A stretch of 64,000 bases of DNA from an uncultured Clostridia bacterium (GCA_934203075.1 CAKPYT010000040.1:2583-66582); one strand, 5' to 3'; counted from the stretch's first letter, positions 29,389 through 38,758 are shown. The notes: a model not told the origin generated them from the letters alone. Translations and numbers: made by a program.

Positions 29389-30233
29389 AAAGAGTTTTAA
29401 CCATTCAGGATATTTCGTGTTTGGGCAAGTGCTCACTGACGGTCGCATTGCCCGTGATTTCCGCTTTCGGCGTGGAAACGTGCGTGTTGCCGACGGCGGT
29501 GCTTTCCACGCACACACAATTTCAGAATTTTACCTTTTGCGACCTGACGGAGGAATTGCCCAAAATTAAAGAGCATTACCTGCAGGAAGGGTTTTCGTTC
29601 GATGCACTCTACACGGGGTATCTCGGCAGTTTTCGTCAGTTGGATCTCGTCGCCGAATACTTCGATGCCTATCGCGCCCGTGGCAGCCTGATTGTGGTGG
29701 ATCCCGTCATGGCAGACCACGGCGTATTCTATCGCGGGTTTACCAAGGAATTCGCCGCCCGCATGGCACGGCTTTGTGCCAAGGCGGATGTCATTTTGCC
29801 CAACCTGACGGAAGCGGCGTTTTTGCTGGACGTTCCGTACGTGGGCGAAGGGTACGACGAAGCGTATATCAAGTCTTTGCTGCAAAAGTTAGTAGGGCTT
29901 GGATGCAAAAAAGCCGTTCTGACGGGCGTCAGCCTGCAGAAGGGAAAAATCGGCGCAATGGGCCTTTGTGCGGCAACCGGGGAATACTTTTCGTACTACA
30001 ATCGCAGGATTGATGCAGCCTATCACGGCACGGGCGATATTTTTGCAAGCGCGTTTGTCGGAGGGCGGATGCGCGGTTATAGCGACACGCAGGCCATTGC
30101 CGTCGCGGCGGATTTTACGGCACGCTGCATCGAGATCACGAAAAACGATCCGCAGGCGGTGAATTACGGGGTAGAGTTCGAATACGTCCTGCCGGAGTTG
30201 CTGCAGCGACTTGCGCGAGAGGATGCACGTTAG
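29385..30233 (+). CDS. pdxK: Pyridoxal/pyridoxine/pyridoxamine kinase
   Basis: Ribokinase-fold motifs DPVMADHG and GTGDIFASAF. Its ATGA start overlaps the permease stop. Confidence 0.9.
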   Translation: MKRVLTIQDISCLGKCSLTVALPVISAFGVETCVLPTAVLSTHTQFQNFTFCDLTEELPKIKEHYLQEGFSFDALYTGYLGSFRQLDLVAEYFDAYRARGSLIVVDPVMADHGVFYRGFTKEFAARMARLCAKADVILPNLTEAAFLLDVPYVGEGYDEAYIKSLLQKLVGLGCKKAVLTGVSLQKGKIGAMGLCAATGEYFSYYNRRIDAAYHGTGDIFASAFVGGRMRGYSDTQAIAVAADFTARCIEITKNDPQAVNYGVEFEYVLPELLQRLAREDAR

Positions 30234-30450
30234 AAAGCGCCCGGGCAAAATTTCCGCAGGGCGTGTGCCGCCGAAGAGGGCGGAAAGTCACGCTCTGCCC
30301 GGAAAAGAAGCACAGAAGCAAAATCGGTTCCGCAATACGATTTTCAAGGGCATTTTCGTGCGTCTCTGGTTTGTCCCGTCGGTTTTTTGCAAAGCAGCGG
30401 CCACAGTTTCGGCGATTTTCAAAAACCGATGAGGAAGTTGCCTTTCCGTA

Positions 30451-30479
30451 TTGACTTTTCCGAAGCAGAAGTATATAAT
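30451..30479 (+). promoter_or_regulatory. Promoter of the zinc-ribbon membrane protein gene
   Basis: TTGACT, a 17-nt spacer, then TATAAT. Confidence 0.65.
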
Positions 30480-30513
30480 ACAATATCATTGCAAGTGAAA
30501 AGAGGAGAAGCGT

Positions 30514-31104
30514 ATGAAGAAGTGTCCCGGATGCGGAGCGGAAGTAGAAGAAAGCACAAGAACTTGCCCTTATTGCGAAACGGAGTTTGCCGGATCTGCG
30601 GGAAGCACCCCCGCTATGTCGAGCGCCCAGGCGCAGGCAACTCAGCCGGAGGTGGTGTCGCAATACCAATTCGGCATGAAGTGGTTTAAATTTTTAATCT
30701 ATTTTGCCCTGTTTGCCAGTGCCGTACTTAATTTCTTCAGCGCTATCAGCTTTTTTACGGGTGCGACCTACGGAGATCCGGAAGTGATCGAGGCCGTATA
30801 TGAAGCCTACCCGGCTTTGAAAGCGGTAGATATCACGGTCGGCGTTCTCACGCTCGGCCTGGCAGGGCTTGCCGTCTTTACAAGATTCCAGTTGGCTGCA
30901 TTCAAGAAAAATGCCCCGATCTTGTTATACGTGATGTATGGTCTGGATCTGGCAATTTCTTTGTTGTACGTTCTTGTGGCGTCCGTTGCTACCGGTCTGA
31001 ACCTGTTCTCCGGCAATACGGCCGTATCCATTCTCACTTCGGTTGTGATGATTGCGTGCAACGTCGTGTATTTCAAAAAGAGGGCCTGCCTCTTCACGGC
31101 GTAA
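30514..31104 (+). CDS. Zinc-ribbon domain membrane protein (hypothetical)
   Basis: N-terminal CPGC...CPYC zinc ribbon, a low-complexity linker, then four TM helices. Confidence 0.7.
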   Translation: MKKCPGCGAEVEESTRTCPYCETEFAGSAGSTPAMSSAQAQATQPEVVSQYQFGMKWFKFLIYFALFASAVLNFFSAISFFTGATYGDPEVIEAVYEAYPALKAVDITVGVLTLGLAGLAVFTRFQLAAFKKNAPILLYVMYGLDLAISLLYVLVASVATGLNLFSGNTAVSILTSVVMIACNVVYFKKRACLFTA

Positions 31105-31185
31105 GTCCCGATTTTTTTCGAGACAAGCCGAAAAGCGCGAAACGAAGAATCCGGTCTGCTTGAAACAGAATACTTTTCGAATTTC

Positions 31186-31222
31186 AAAAACACGAAACTA
31201 AAGTTTTAGTTTCGTGTTTTTT
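31186..31222. terminator. Bidirectional terminator
   Basis: Stem AAAAACACGAAACTAAA/TTTAGTTTCGTGTTTTT, a near-perfect palindrome with flanking A and T runs. Confidence 0.75.
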
Positions 31223-31344
31223 GGTAGGAAGCGTCAAAAGAGACTTTACCATCATCGGGGATTGTTCATCCTTTCTCTTCCGGTTGTGTAGGGGCGGGCA
31301 AGGGCTTTCGTTTCCCGACAGGGATAAAAATCGGGGACTTCGGG

Positions 31345-31378
31345 CAAAATCAAAAGCGGCGCAACTAAGTTGCGCCGC
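31345..31378 (-). terminator. Terminator after the nitroreductase gene
   Basis: On the minus strand, stem GCGGCGCAAC/GTTGCGCCGC followed by TTTTGATTTTG. Confidence 0.75.
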
Positions 31379-31416
31379 AAGTCTTTGTACGACCGGAAGA
31401 GTTTCCGGCAGCAGAA

Positions 31417-31938
31417 TCAAATTTTCACGATGTAGCCGTTTTTACGCGGAATGGGCGGTTTCGCCGGGCCGGCCGCATAACCTAAAGCAAGGGCGCCTAC
31501 GCCGCGCAGGGAAGAAGGAAGCCCCCATTCCTGCAGCAATGCTTTTCCTTCGTCGCTGTCAAACATCTGACGTTCGCGATTTACCCATACAGAAGCAAGC
31601 CCTAAAGCGTGTGCTGCCAGCATCATGTTCTGCAGCACGCAGGAACCGTCTTCCACAAACGTCGGGACGGATCCGTTGGCCAGCACCAGCACGATTACCG
31701 GTGCACCATAGTACGGGTCGCTGTTGGAACCCAAAACTTTATCGTTCATTTGCGTCAGAATTTTACGATATCTCTCATCGGTAACGGCAACGATCACGGG
31801 GGATTGTTGTCCCTTCCCGGTCGGCGCAAAAGTACCGGCTTTCAAAACAGCATCCAACAATTCGGCGGGGACGGCGTCCGGTTTGTACGAACGTACGCTA
31901 CGACGAGTTTCAATGATGTCTAAAAATTCGTTTTTCAT
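31417..31938 (-). CDS. Nitroreductase family protein
   Basis: N-terminal motif RRSVRSY and a nitroreductase-like fold. The start at MKNEFLD has GGAGGA upstream. Confidence 0.88.
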   Translation of the reverse strand: MKNEFLDIIETRRSVRSYKPDAVPAELLDAVLKAGTFAPTGKGQQSPVIVAVTDERYRKILTQMNDKVLGSNSDPYYGAPVIVLVLANGSVPTFVEDGSCVLQNMMLAAHALGLASVWVNRERQMFDSDEGKALLQEWGLPSSLRGVGALALGYAAGPAKPPIPRKNGYIVKI

Positions 31939-32368
31939 AATAGATCCTCCTTCGGAAAGAATAAAACCGCAGCACGGGTCAACAGAGCGCCGTCTTGCGG
32001 TTTTCTTGCAGATCCCCGCAAGGGGTGCTTCTGTTCTTACTATAAAGAGATTTTCGTGCTTTGTCAATAGGGGAAATTCGGATTAGTCTCGTTTTTGCGA
32101 GGGGCAGGCCGGTATTTTTTTCTTTTCCAAACCGAAAACAGGGAGCGTCGAAGTCGCGGAATAGTTTTGCGATGCAAAATGCGCAGAAAGAGCCAAATTG
32201 TCCCGCCGTTTTTATCAGAATATGCAGAGGTTGCGCTAAAAAGTTGACAAATGCCGTAAAACATACAAAAACGCACTTACTTTTTTGCGGGGGTAAAACA
32301 GACGGAGAATCGGACGTTTTTCAAAAGCCAAACGGTAAAAATAAAAAAGACACTCTGCGGCAATTCTA

Positions 32369-32398
32369 TTGACATTTCCCCACAAAAATTGATATACT
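32369..32398 (+). promoter_or_regulatory. Promoter of tRNA-Ser
   Basis: TTGACA, an 18-nt spacer, then TATACT, ending 11 nt before the tRNA 5' end. Confidence 0.6.
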
Positions 32399-32409
32399 GT
32401 TTGCGTTAT

Positions 32410-32501
32410 GGAGACGTATCGAAGTGGTCGTAACGAGCTGCACTCGAAATGCAGTTGTCCGTTACCCGGGCACGAGGGTTCGAATCCCTCCGTCTCCGCC
32501 A
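32410..32501 (+). tRNA. tRNA-Ser (anticodon CGA), class II with long variable arm and encoded CCA
   Basis: Acceptor stem GGAGACG/CGTCTCC, anticodon loop CTCGAAA, T-arm GAGGG-TTCGAAT-CCCTC and a 3' GCCA. Confidence 0.92.
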
Positions 32502-32506
32502 CAAAA

Positions 32507-32532
32507 AGGCAGGTTTTGACCTGTCTTTTTTT
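32507..32532 (+). terminator. Terminator after tRNA-Ser
   Basis: Stem AGGCAGGT/ACCTGTCT followed by TTTTTTT. Confidence 0.7.
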
Positions 32533-32557
32533 GTGGGAAATACCACTCAATAATACT

Positions 32558-33145
32558 TCAGTTTACTTCATAAGCACACTTTGTAAATCGGATATTTCCG
32601 ATTTCAAACTTAGATGAATATTGTTTCTGCGGCAACTCCCTGCTTATAATAAACTCATCAGTAATAAGTACGACCAACTGCTTTTCTCCCGGTTCTACTA
32701 AATAGTATCGTTTGTCGGAATCTTTCAATCCGTTGTACACATCGGCTGTGCCGAACGGTGCGTCGGCAATTATTCCGAGAAGGTTATCGAAAATGCGCTG
32801 TCCTTTTGTCAATTTCGTTTTTGCCAAAAGCGGATAGATTTTTGCGGTCGGGTATTTTTCACGGACGCATTTATCTTTTTTTATTGTGTGGCTACCTTTG
32901 TATTCGGACAAGTCAATCGGCTCTTTGATAACCGATTTATCCATATTCTTGCCGTCATCCAATAAGTAATCTATACTTACATTCAAAAGCACCGATATTG
33001 CTTTAAGGTTATCTACATCGGGTATCCCGTTGTTTGTTTCCCACTTTGCAACTGCACTTCGGGAAATACCGAGTTTTTCGGATAACTGCTCCTGCGATAG
33101 CCCTGCTTGTTTCCTTGCCTCTTTTAATTTTTCGCCTAACGTCAT
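32558..33145 (-). CDS. XRE-family HTH transcriptional regulator with an uncharacterised ~130-aa C-terminal domain
   Basis: N-terminus LGEKLKEARKQAGLSQEQLSEKLGISRSAVAKWE is a classic HTH_3 domain. The C-terminal domain matches no family I recognise. Confidence 0.85.
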   Translation of the reverse strand: MTLGEKLKEARKQAGLSQEQLSEKLGISRSAVAKWETNNGIPDVDNLKAISVLLNVSIDYLLDDGKNMDKSVIKEPIDLSEYKGSHTIKKDKCVREKYPTAKIYPLLAKTKLTKGQRIFDNLLGIIADAPFGTADVYNGLKDSDKRYYLVEPGEKQLVVLITDEFIISRELPQKQYSSKFEIGNIRFTKCAYEVN

Positions 33146-33491
33146 ATCTATGATCTCCTTGATTGATACGTTCAGTATAAACCAATATTTATAAAAAGAC
33201 CATATACGCTCTATAACAGTACTGTTACTCTTCGTAACAAATAGTAGAAATTCACAAAATTTTTTGTTATCTTATATGTCCCTAACGCTCCGTCAGGTTG
33301 ATTTTCCAATTGGTTGCAATAAAAACGGTTTGCTTTTTGCAAATCGTTTTTTATTGACGCTGATTCTCTTTTTTCGAAAAGCGAGCAGGATGTCTAGAGA
33401 AAAATTGCTTTAATGAGAACAAGAAGTATCAAATCCATCTTGCTATTGTTCGCTATTTAGAGTATTATATTTGCGATCAGAGAGGTATAGT

Positions 33492-34382
33492 ATGGCAGAA
33501 TTAAAACTATTCAAGGTAAACGGACACGTTGAAGAATTGAAATCTAAAAGTGTAACTATAGAAAAAGAGTTGCAGAACATTATCGAAAAGAATATGCAAG
33601 AATTTTTCGGTGTGAGATTTCTTGCCTCGGAATATAGAATAGACAACGGGAGAATGGATTCTATAGGAATCGACGAGAATAATTGTCCTGTTATTTTCGA
33701 ATACAAGCGTTCTTCAAATGAAAATGTAATAAATCAGGGTTTGTTCTATTTAAATTGGCTATTGGGACATAAGGCTAATTTCAAACTTTTAGTTTTAGAA
33801 ACCTATGGGCAGAAAGTCGCAAACAATATTGATTGGACTATGCCGAGAGTGATTTGTATTGCGAGTGACTTTTATAAATATGACGAAGAAGCCATTAAAC
33901 AAATAAATCGTAATGTATCGCTTATTCGCTACAAGCAATACAATAATGATTTATTGTTGTTTGAATTGTTAAATACAAATACGGTAGCCCCTATTGATAA
34001 CGAGCAGACGGAGCATAAAACTTCGCAAAGTAACGAAAAAACGTTTACCGAACAATACAAAAACGCGCCGCAAAAATTCAAAGAACTATATGACGAATTA
34101 TCCGATTATGCTATGAGTTTAGGTGATGACGTGTCACAAAGTACCTTAAAACTGTACTCAGCATTCAAAAAAATCAAGAATTTTTGCACTATGGAAGTTT
34201 ATCAGGCAAAAATGCTGATAAATTTCAGGCTTAATCCAGACGATTACGAATTGTCCGACACATTGCGTGATGTTCGGAATATAGGGCATTGGGGTTGTGG
34301 CGATTTGCAGTTAATAATGCGTGACCGTTCCGAAACAGAAAAGGCAAAGGACTTGATTTTGAAGGCATATGAGCAAAATTAA
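33492..34382 (+). CDS. NucS-like PD-(D/E)XK nuclease-fold protein with a DUF5655-like C-terminal domain
   Basis: GRMDSIGIDENNCPVIFEYKR fits the D...E-x-K nuclease core seen in NucS/DUF91-type domains. The C-terminal third resembles DUF5655. RBS AGAGAGG precedes the start. Confidence 0.6.
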   Translation: MAELKLFKVNGHVEELKSKSVTIEKELQNIIEKNMQEFFGVRFLASEYRIDNGRMDSIGIDENNCPVIFEYKRSSNENVINQGLFYLNWLLGHKANFKLLVLETYGQKVANNIDWTMPRVICIASDFYKYDEEAIKQINRNVSLIRYKQYNNDLLLFELLNTNTVAPIDNEQTEHKTSQSNEKTFTEQYKNAPQKFKELYDELSDYAMSLGDDVSQSTLKLYSAFKKIKNFCTMEVYQAKMLINFRLNPDDYELSDTLRDVRNIGHWGCGDLQLIMRDRSETEKAKDLILKAYEQN

Positions 34383-34511
34383 ATAGATGTTTTAAAGGAA
34401 TGTATTTATTGCGGAAATAATTAAGTGTAATCGTTTTACTCCTTACTTTCTTTGGGTTGCCCGGATTTGGTTTACTCAAAAAAGAGGGAGGAGGCAGGTT
34501 GGAGGAGAAAA

Positions 34512-34979
34512 GTGTTTTTGAGTTTAGAGTTTCAGGAGGCCTATAAACGCCTGGATAAATTATGTAAAGATTGTTTTTTCAGTAACGAAGGCGTTTCGGA
34601 GTACCTTCGTTTTATGGAAAGAGAAGATCGTGCGGGAAGGAGATACGTTTCTACCTGGGACGCGGATTATAGAATGTTAAAGCACGTCCGATGGGTGCGG
34701 AATCAATTATCGCATGAAGTAGGTACCTTGCAGTCCGATTTATGCACGCAGGACGATTTGAAATTCGTCGAAAGTTTTCATGACAGAATTCTGAAGTGTA
34801 CCGACCCCTCTTCCGTGCTGCGCAAAGAGAGAGAAAAAGCAAGGCAGCAGGGGCTTGCGAGATTGCAGGCTTCAAGAGAGAATCTGCCACCGGAAGACCC
34901 GGTAAATACCGATACCGTTGGAGAGAACAAATCTTTTTTTCAAAAAATTTGGGAGAAAATCAAAGAATTTTTCTCTTAA
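34512..34979 (+). CDS. Hypothetical helical protein with an Rx4H (HEPN-like) motif
   Basis: Contains WVRNQLSHEV, which is R-x4-H in a predicted helical context. A GTG start follows GGAGGAG. The start and the function are both uncertain. Confidence 0.45.
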   Translation: MFLSLEFQEAYKRLDKLCKDCFFSNEGVSEYLRFMEREDRAGRRYVSTWDADYRMLKHVRWVRNQLSHEVGTLQSDLCTQDDLKFVESFHDRILKCTDPSSVLRKEREKARQQGLARLQASRENLPPEDPVNTDTVGENKSFFQKIWEKIKEFFS

Positions 34980-35269
34980 AAGCAGGGTAGAGTCCTTCAA
35001 AGCGTAAGCGAGCCGAAAGAAAGCTTTTGGCTCGCTGTTTTGTTCAAAAAAAATGGGGGCCCGGGTAAAGGCGTCCGGGCAGAGCATACAAAAACGAAAC
35101 TGTCCGTTCCGAAAGGGTGCGAAAGAAGCGGACGGGCCAGACTGTTTGCCTGTTTTCCCCGGCAGCAAGACGAAGTTTTTGAAAAACTTGTGCGGGAGGG
35201 GCACACAGCGTTGAAAAATGAGACGGATTGTGTTATTCTAAAAATATCGATTTGGGAAAAGGGATTACT

Positions 35270-35740
35270 ATGGAAGGAAAAATCAGAAAAGCAAACCAAA
35301 ACGATTTGCAAAAAATCAATAAACTTCTTTACGAGGTACAAAAAGTGCACAGCGATGCTCGTCCGGATTTGTTTCGTGCGGGGACCAAAAAATATACGGA
35401 CGAACAGCTGAAAAGCATCCTGGAAAACGCAAGGACGCCCGTTTTTGTGTTTGAAAAGGGGGAAGAGATTCTCGGTTATGCTTTTTGCATTTTCAAGCAG
35501 GAATTAAGCAACACGCTGATGCCTGTGAAAACGTTGTATATCGACGATTTATGTGTGGACGAATGCGCCCGCGGAGAACACGTCGGCACGGAGCTGTATC
35601 ACTTCGTGTTGGATTATGCCAGGAAAAGCGATTGCTACAACGTTACGCTGAATGTTTGGGCAGATAATACCAAAGCCGTCAAGTTCTATCAGGCCATCGG
35701 TATGCGGGTGCAAAAAATAGGAATGGAAAAGATTTTATAA
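35270..35740 (+). CDS. GNAT family N-acetyltransferase
   Basis: Acetyl-CoA binding segment DDLCVDECARGEHVGTELY (Q/RxxGxG/A-like) and a length of 156 aa. Confidence 0.85.
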   Translation: MEGKIRKANQNDLQKINKLLYEVQKVHSDARPDLFRAGTKKYTDEQLKSILENARTPVFVFEKGEEILGYAFCIFKQELSNTLMPVKTLYIDDLCVDECARGEHVGTELYHFVLDYARKSDCYNVTLNVWADNTKAVKFYQAIGMRVQKIGMEKIL

Positions 35741-35804
35741 TAGAAAAGTCAAACCGAACATCGTCCCGAAAACAGCAAAGTCATACAAAAAGGAGAAACG
35801 CTGA

Positions 35805-37466
35805 GTGCGAACCGAAACGAATCAAAAAAGAATTGTGCTTTCTGCCGCATGTGTGTTTTTCTTTTGCCTTGCGGGGGCGTTTCAGGCGGTGGATTCGCTC
35901 TTGCCGGAGTTCTGGCATGCATTGTTTGCTCTTTTCGCGCACACAATTTTGCTTTCTCTTGTAGTGGCTTGGGGTGTTTCCCTGATCCATCGCATGGTAC
36001 GGAAAGATCTCCGCGCGTATTTTCTTACGGTTGCCGTGCTGATTTTGTTTTTCCTTGTTGTCAGAATGATAAAATACGGACTGACGCAAGACGCGGACAC
36101 GCTTTCGCGTTATCTTTGGTACGCATATTATGTTCCGCAGGTGCTCATTCCGCCGACGATTTTGCTTGCGGCGTTCCGTCTGGAAAACAAAAATGGGAAA
36201 CCGCTCGCAAAAATCTGGTATCTGATTTATTTCCCCGCCGTTATTTTGCTTCTTTTAATATTCACGAACGACGTACACGAATGGGGGTTTGCATTGAATT
36301 TCGACAACGGATTTTCTTACGAACACAGAACCGTGTTTTATTTTGCGCTTGCGTGGGAAATTATCGTAACGTTTGCAAGCCTTATCGTGTTGATTTTGCG
36401 GTGCAGCGTGTCGGCGTGCAGGCGAAAGACGTGGATACCCGTAACCGTTTTCGTCGTATGTGCGGCGTTTTCAGCCATATGCTTTTTGACGAATACGTCG
36501 GCGTTCAAAATTCCGGAGTTGTTGTGCTTCACCTGTATCGTGATGATAGAAAGTTGTATTGCGATAGGACTTATTCCGTCCAACGACGAATACGAAAATT
36601 ACTTCTATCGTTCGGCATATTCGGCCGTCATTACGGACGAGAATTTTGACGTGATTTACAAATCCGAAAAGGCAATTCCCACAGAGAAAAGCCGGCTGGG
36701 ACAAGCGGTAAAAGGTTCGGTTATGAGAGTCGAAAACACGCGCCTTTCGGCAAAGAAAATACACGGTGGCTACGCTTTCGGGATCGAAGATCTGTCTAAA
36801 ATTAACGAAATCAACGCCGCGTTGAAAGAAACCAACGAAAGGCTGTCCGAAGAAAACGACATCATCGAAGCGGAAAACGAACTCAAAGAACAAAAAGCAA
36901 TCGTTTCCGAACAAAGCCGGCTGTACGCCAAGACGGAAGAAGTTACCCGCGAAGAACTGAAACGGTTGGACGTACTTTTATCGGAGGTGTATCGTAATCA
37001 GCAGTTAAGCGGTGCGGAATACGCCGGGAAAATGCGTTTTGCGTGCATCCTGGCGGCTTATATCAAGCGCAGAAGCAATCTTGTGATGCTCGCCGAAAAA
37101 CAGGAAAATATCGACGCCGGCGAACTGTTGCTTGCGATAAAAGAATCGCTTGAATATCTTTCGCTCACAGGCGCGGAATGCACTTTCGATTGCGCCGTTT
37201 CGGGTAAAATCCACGGCAAAAACGCAGGTATTTTCTATGACTTTTTCGAAGCCTGCATTGCCAATTACAACGAGTTGCCGAGTGCCGTAATCGTCCGACT
37301 TTTCAGGCGGGGCGACAATCTTGTTTTGCGTATGGAGTGCGACAACGGAACGGAAGAGATTTTGAAAAAGGTCAAGTCGAAGTTCGCCGAGTATAACGTT
37401 ACCATCGAAATGGACGACGCAGAAGTTTATTACTCACTTACTTTGTCCGAAGGGGGTGCGGTATGA
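35805..37466 (+). CDS. 7TM histidine-kinase-like sensor protein lacking the phosphoacceptor His and ATP-lid G2 box (pseudo-kinase)
   Basis: N-terminal 7TM region (HisKA_7TM-like) and a coiled coil. The DHp-like segment MRFACILAAYIKRR has no His. N-box-like EACIANY and DNG are present but no GxGL box. GTG start after AGGAGA. Confidence 0.65.
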   Translation: MRTETNQKRIVLSAACVFFFCLAGAFQAVDSLLPEFWHALFALFAHTILLSLVVAWGVSLIHRMVRKDLRAYFLTVAVLILFFLVVRMIKYGLTQDADTLSRYLWYAYYVPQVLIPPTILLAAFRLENKNGKPLAKIWYLIYFPAVILLLLIFTNDVHEWGFALNFDNGFSYEHRTVFYFALAWEIIVTFASLIVLILRCSVSACRRKTWIPVTVFVVCAAFSAICFLTNTSAFKIPELLCFTCIVMIESCIAIGLIPSNDEYENYFYRSAYSAVITDENFDVIYKSEKAIPTEKSRLGQAVKGSVMRVENTRLSAKKIHGGYAFGIEDLSKINEINAALKETNERLSEENDIIEAENELKEQKAIVSEQSRLYAKTEEVTREELKRLDVLLSEVYRNQQLSGAEYAGKMRFACILAAYIKRRSNLVMLAEKQENIDAGELLLAIKESLEYLSLTGAECTFDCAVSGKIHGKNAGIFYDFFEACIANYNELPSAVIVRLFRRGDNLVLRMECDNGTEEILKKVKSKFAEYNVTIEMDDAEVYYSLTLSEGGAV

Positions 37467-38758
37467 GATTTATCGACGCACCTCTTTATGCAAGGCAGAT
37501 GATTGTCGTTTCGTTTATTCTCACGTTCGTTCTGGCAATTATCGGATTGTTTACGGCAGTGCGGCTTTGCAAGAAACGTCGCTATATCGTGCTATCGTCG
37601 GTAACGTTTGCATTGTCGTTTATTTCGGTTTTCCTTACAATGCGCGGAAGTTATCGCTATCGTGTAAATTTGCCTGTATTCGAGCCGTCTCTCACTATCC
37701 TTTCTTTGCCGTTGTGGGTGCATTGCGTCGTTTCCGCCGCGTTGATTGCACTTACCGTTTACGGATTGACCGGTACGGTGCGGTGGAGTAAGAAACATCT
37801 TTCGCCCGTTTCGATTAAAGAAAGTGTGGACACCTTCCCCGCAGGAATCTGTTTTTACGAGCCAAGCGGGCTTGTACGGCTAATCAACACGGAAATGAAT
37901 CGTCTTTGCATTCTTGTGACGGGCAAGGCTCTTCTGGATGGTGCAAGTTTTTGGCGGAAGATCTCGCAGGGCGAAATCGAAGCGAACTGTCTGCCGCTGC
38001 AAACGGGGGAGAAGCCTATCTTGCAATGCCCTGACGGGAAGGCGGTATCTTTCAAAAGATACTTGCACGAAACGGACGGCAAAACCGTTTGTGAAATCGT
38101 TGCGGCGGACGTAACCGAGCAGTATCGCCTGACCCGGGAGTTGGAACAAAAACGGAACGAACTGAAATTCGTCAACAAACGTCTGGTTGCCTATGGGAAT
38201 AACGTTGCGGAACTCACAAAAGAAAGAGAGCTTTTGGCAGCGAAAATCCGTATTCACGACGATATGGGGAAACTTTTGCTTGCCACAAAGCGTAAGCTTG
38301 CCGAACCGCCGGACGAAATCGTGCAAAAAGAACTGGTATATTTCTGGCAGGCGGAGATTGCCGCACTGAAAAACACTCATAAAAAACAAAGGAAAAACAA
38401 CTTGCGGGTGATAACGGACGCGGCAAAACTTGTGGGAGTGAACGTGGAGTTTTTCGGCACACAGCCGAAAGCCGATACGGTAAACGAAAAAATACTCATC
38501 GCCGCTATGCACGAATGTCTCACAAACACCGTTTCGCACGCCAACGGAAAAACCATGACAGTTACGGTTGAGGATAAAAACGGCAAGTATACGATAGCAA
38601 TTACCAATGACGGCGAAAAGCCGAAGGGCGAAATCACAGAAGGCGGCGGCCTTTCCGGGTTGCGAACTCTTGTCGAACGCGAAAACGGCACAATGCTTAT
38701 TCACAGTGTTCCGCAATTTGAACTTCGGATCGAACTGCCTACGGGAGAAACCATATGA
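37463..38758 (+). CDS. Sensor histidine kinase (HisKA_3 / NarL-partner type)
   Basis: H-box RIHDDMGKLL, N-box HECLTNTVSHA, and TNDGEK...GGGLSGLRTLVE. Its ATGA start overlaps the upstream gene. Confidence 0.88.
   Translation: MRFIDAPLYARQMIVVSFILTFVLAIIGLFTAVRLCKKRRYIVLSSVTFALSFISVFLTMRGSYRYRVNLPVFEPSLTILSLPLWVHCVVSAALIALTVYGLTGTVRWSKKHLSPVSIKESVDTFPAGICFYEPSGLVRLINTEMNRLCILVTGKALLDGASFWRKISQGEIEANCLPLQTGEKPILQCPDGKAVSFKRYLHETDGKTVCEIVAADVTEQYRLTRELEQKRNELKFVNKRLVAYGNNVAELTKERELLAAKIRIHDDMGKLLLATKRKLAEPPDEIVQKELVYFWQAEIAALKNTHKKQRKNNLRVITDAAKLVGVNVEFFGTQPKADTVNEKILIAAMHECLTNTVSHANGKTMTVTVEDKNGKYTIAITNDGEKPKGEITEGGGLSGLRTLVERENGTMLIHSVPQFELRIELPTGETI

Larger units (their letters stand above)
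32502..34450. other. AT-rich two-gene islet inserted next to tRNA-Ser (possible remnant of horizontally acquired DNA)
   Basis: Hand count gives 37 G+C in 33601-33700 versus 62 G+C in 3001-3100. The composition shift starts right after the tRNA terminator and ends near 34450. Confidence 0.55.

Noticed and set aside
32502-34450. Intact prophage, ICE or integrative island at tRNA-Ser.
   Set aside because: The islet is only ~2 kb with two genes. It has no integrase, recombinase or transposase, and I could find no direct repeat of the tRNA 3' end at the right boundary. At best it is a remnant.
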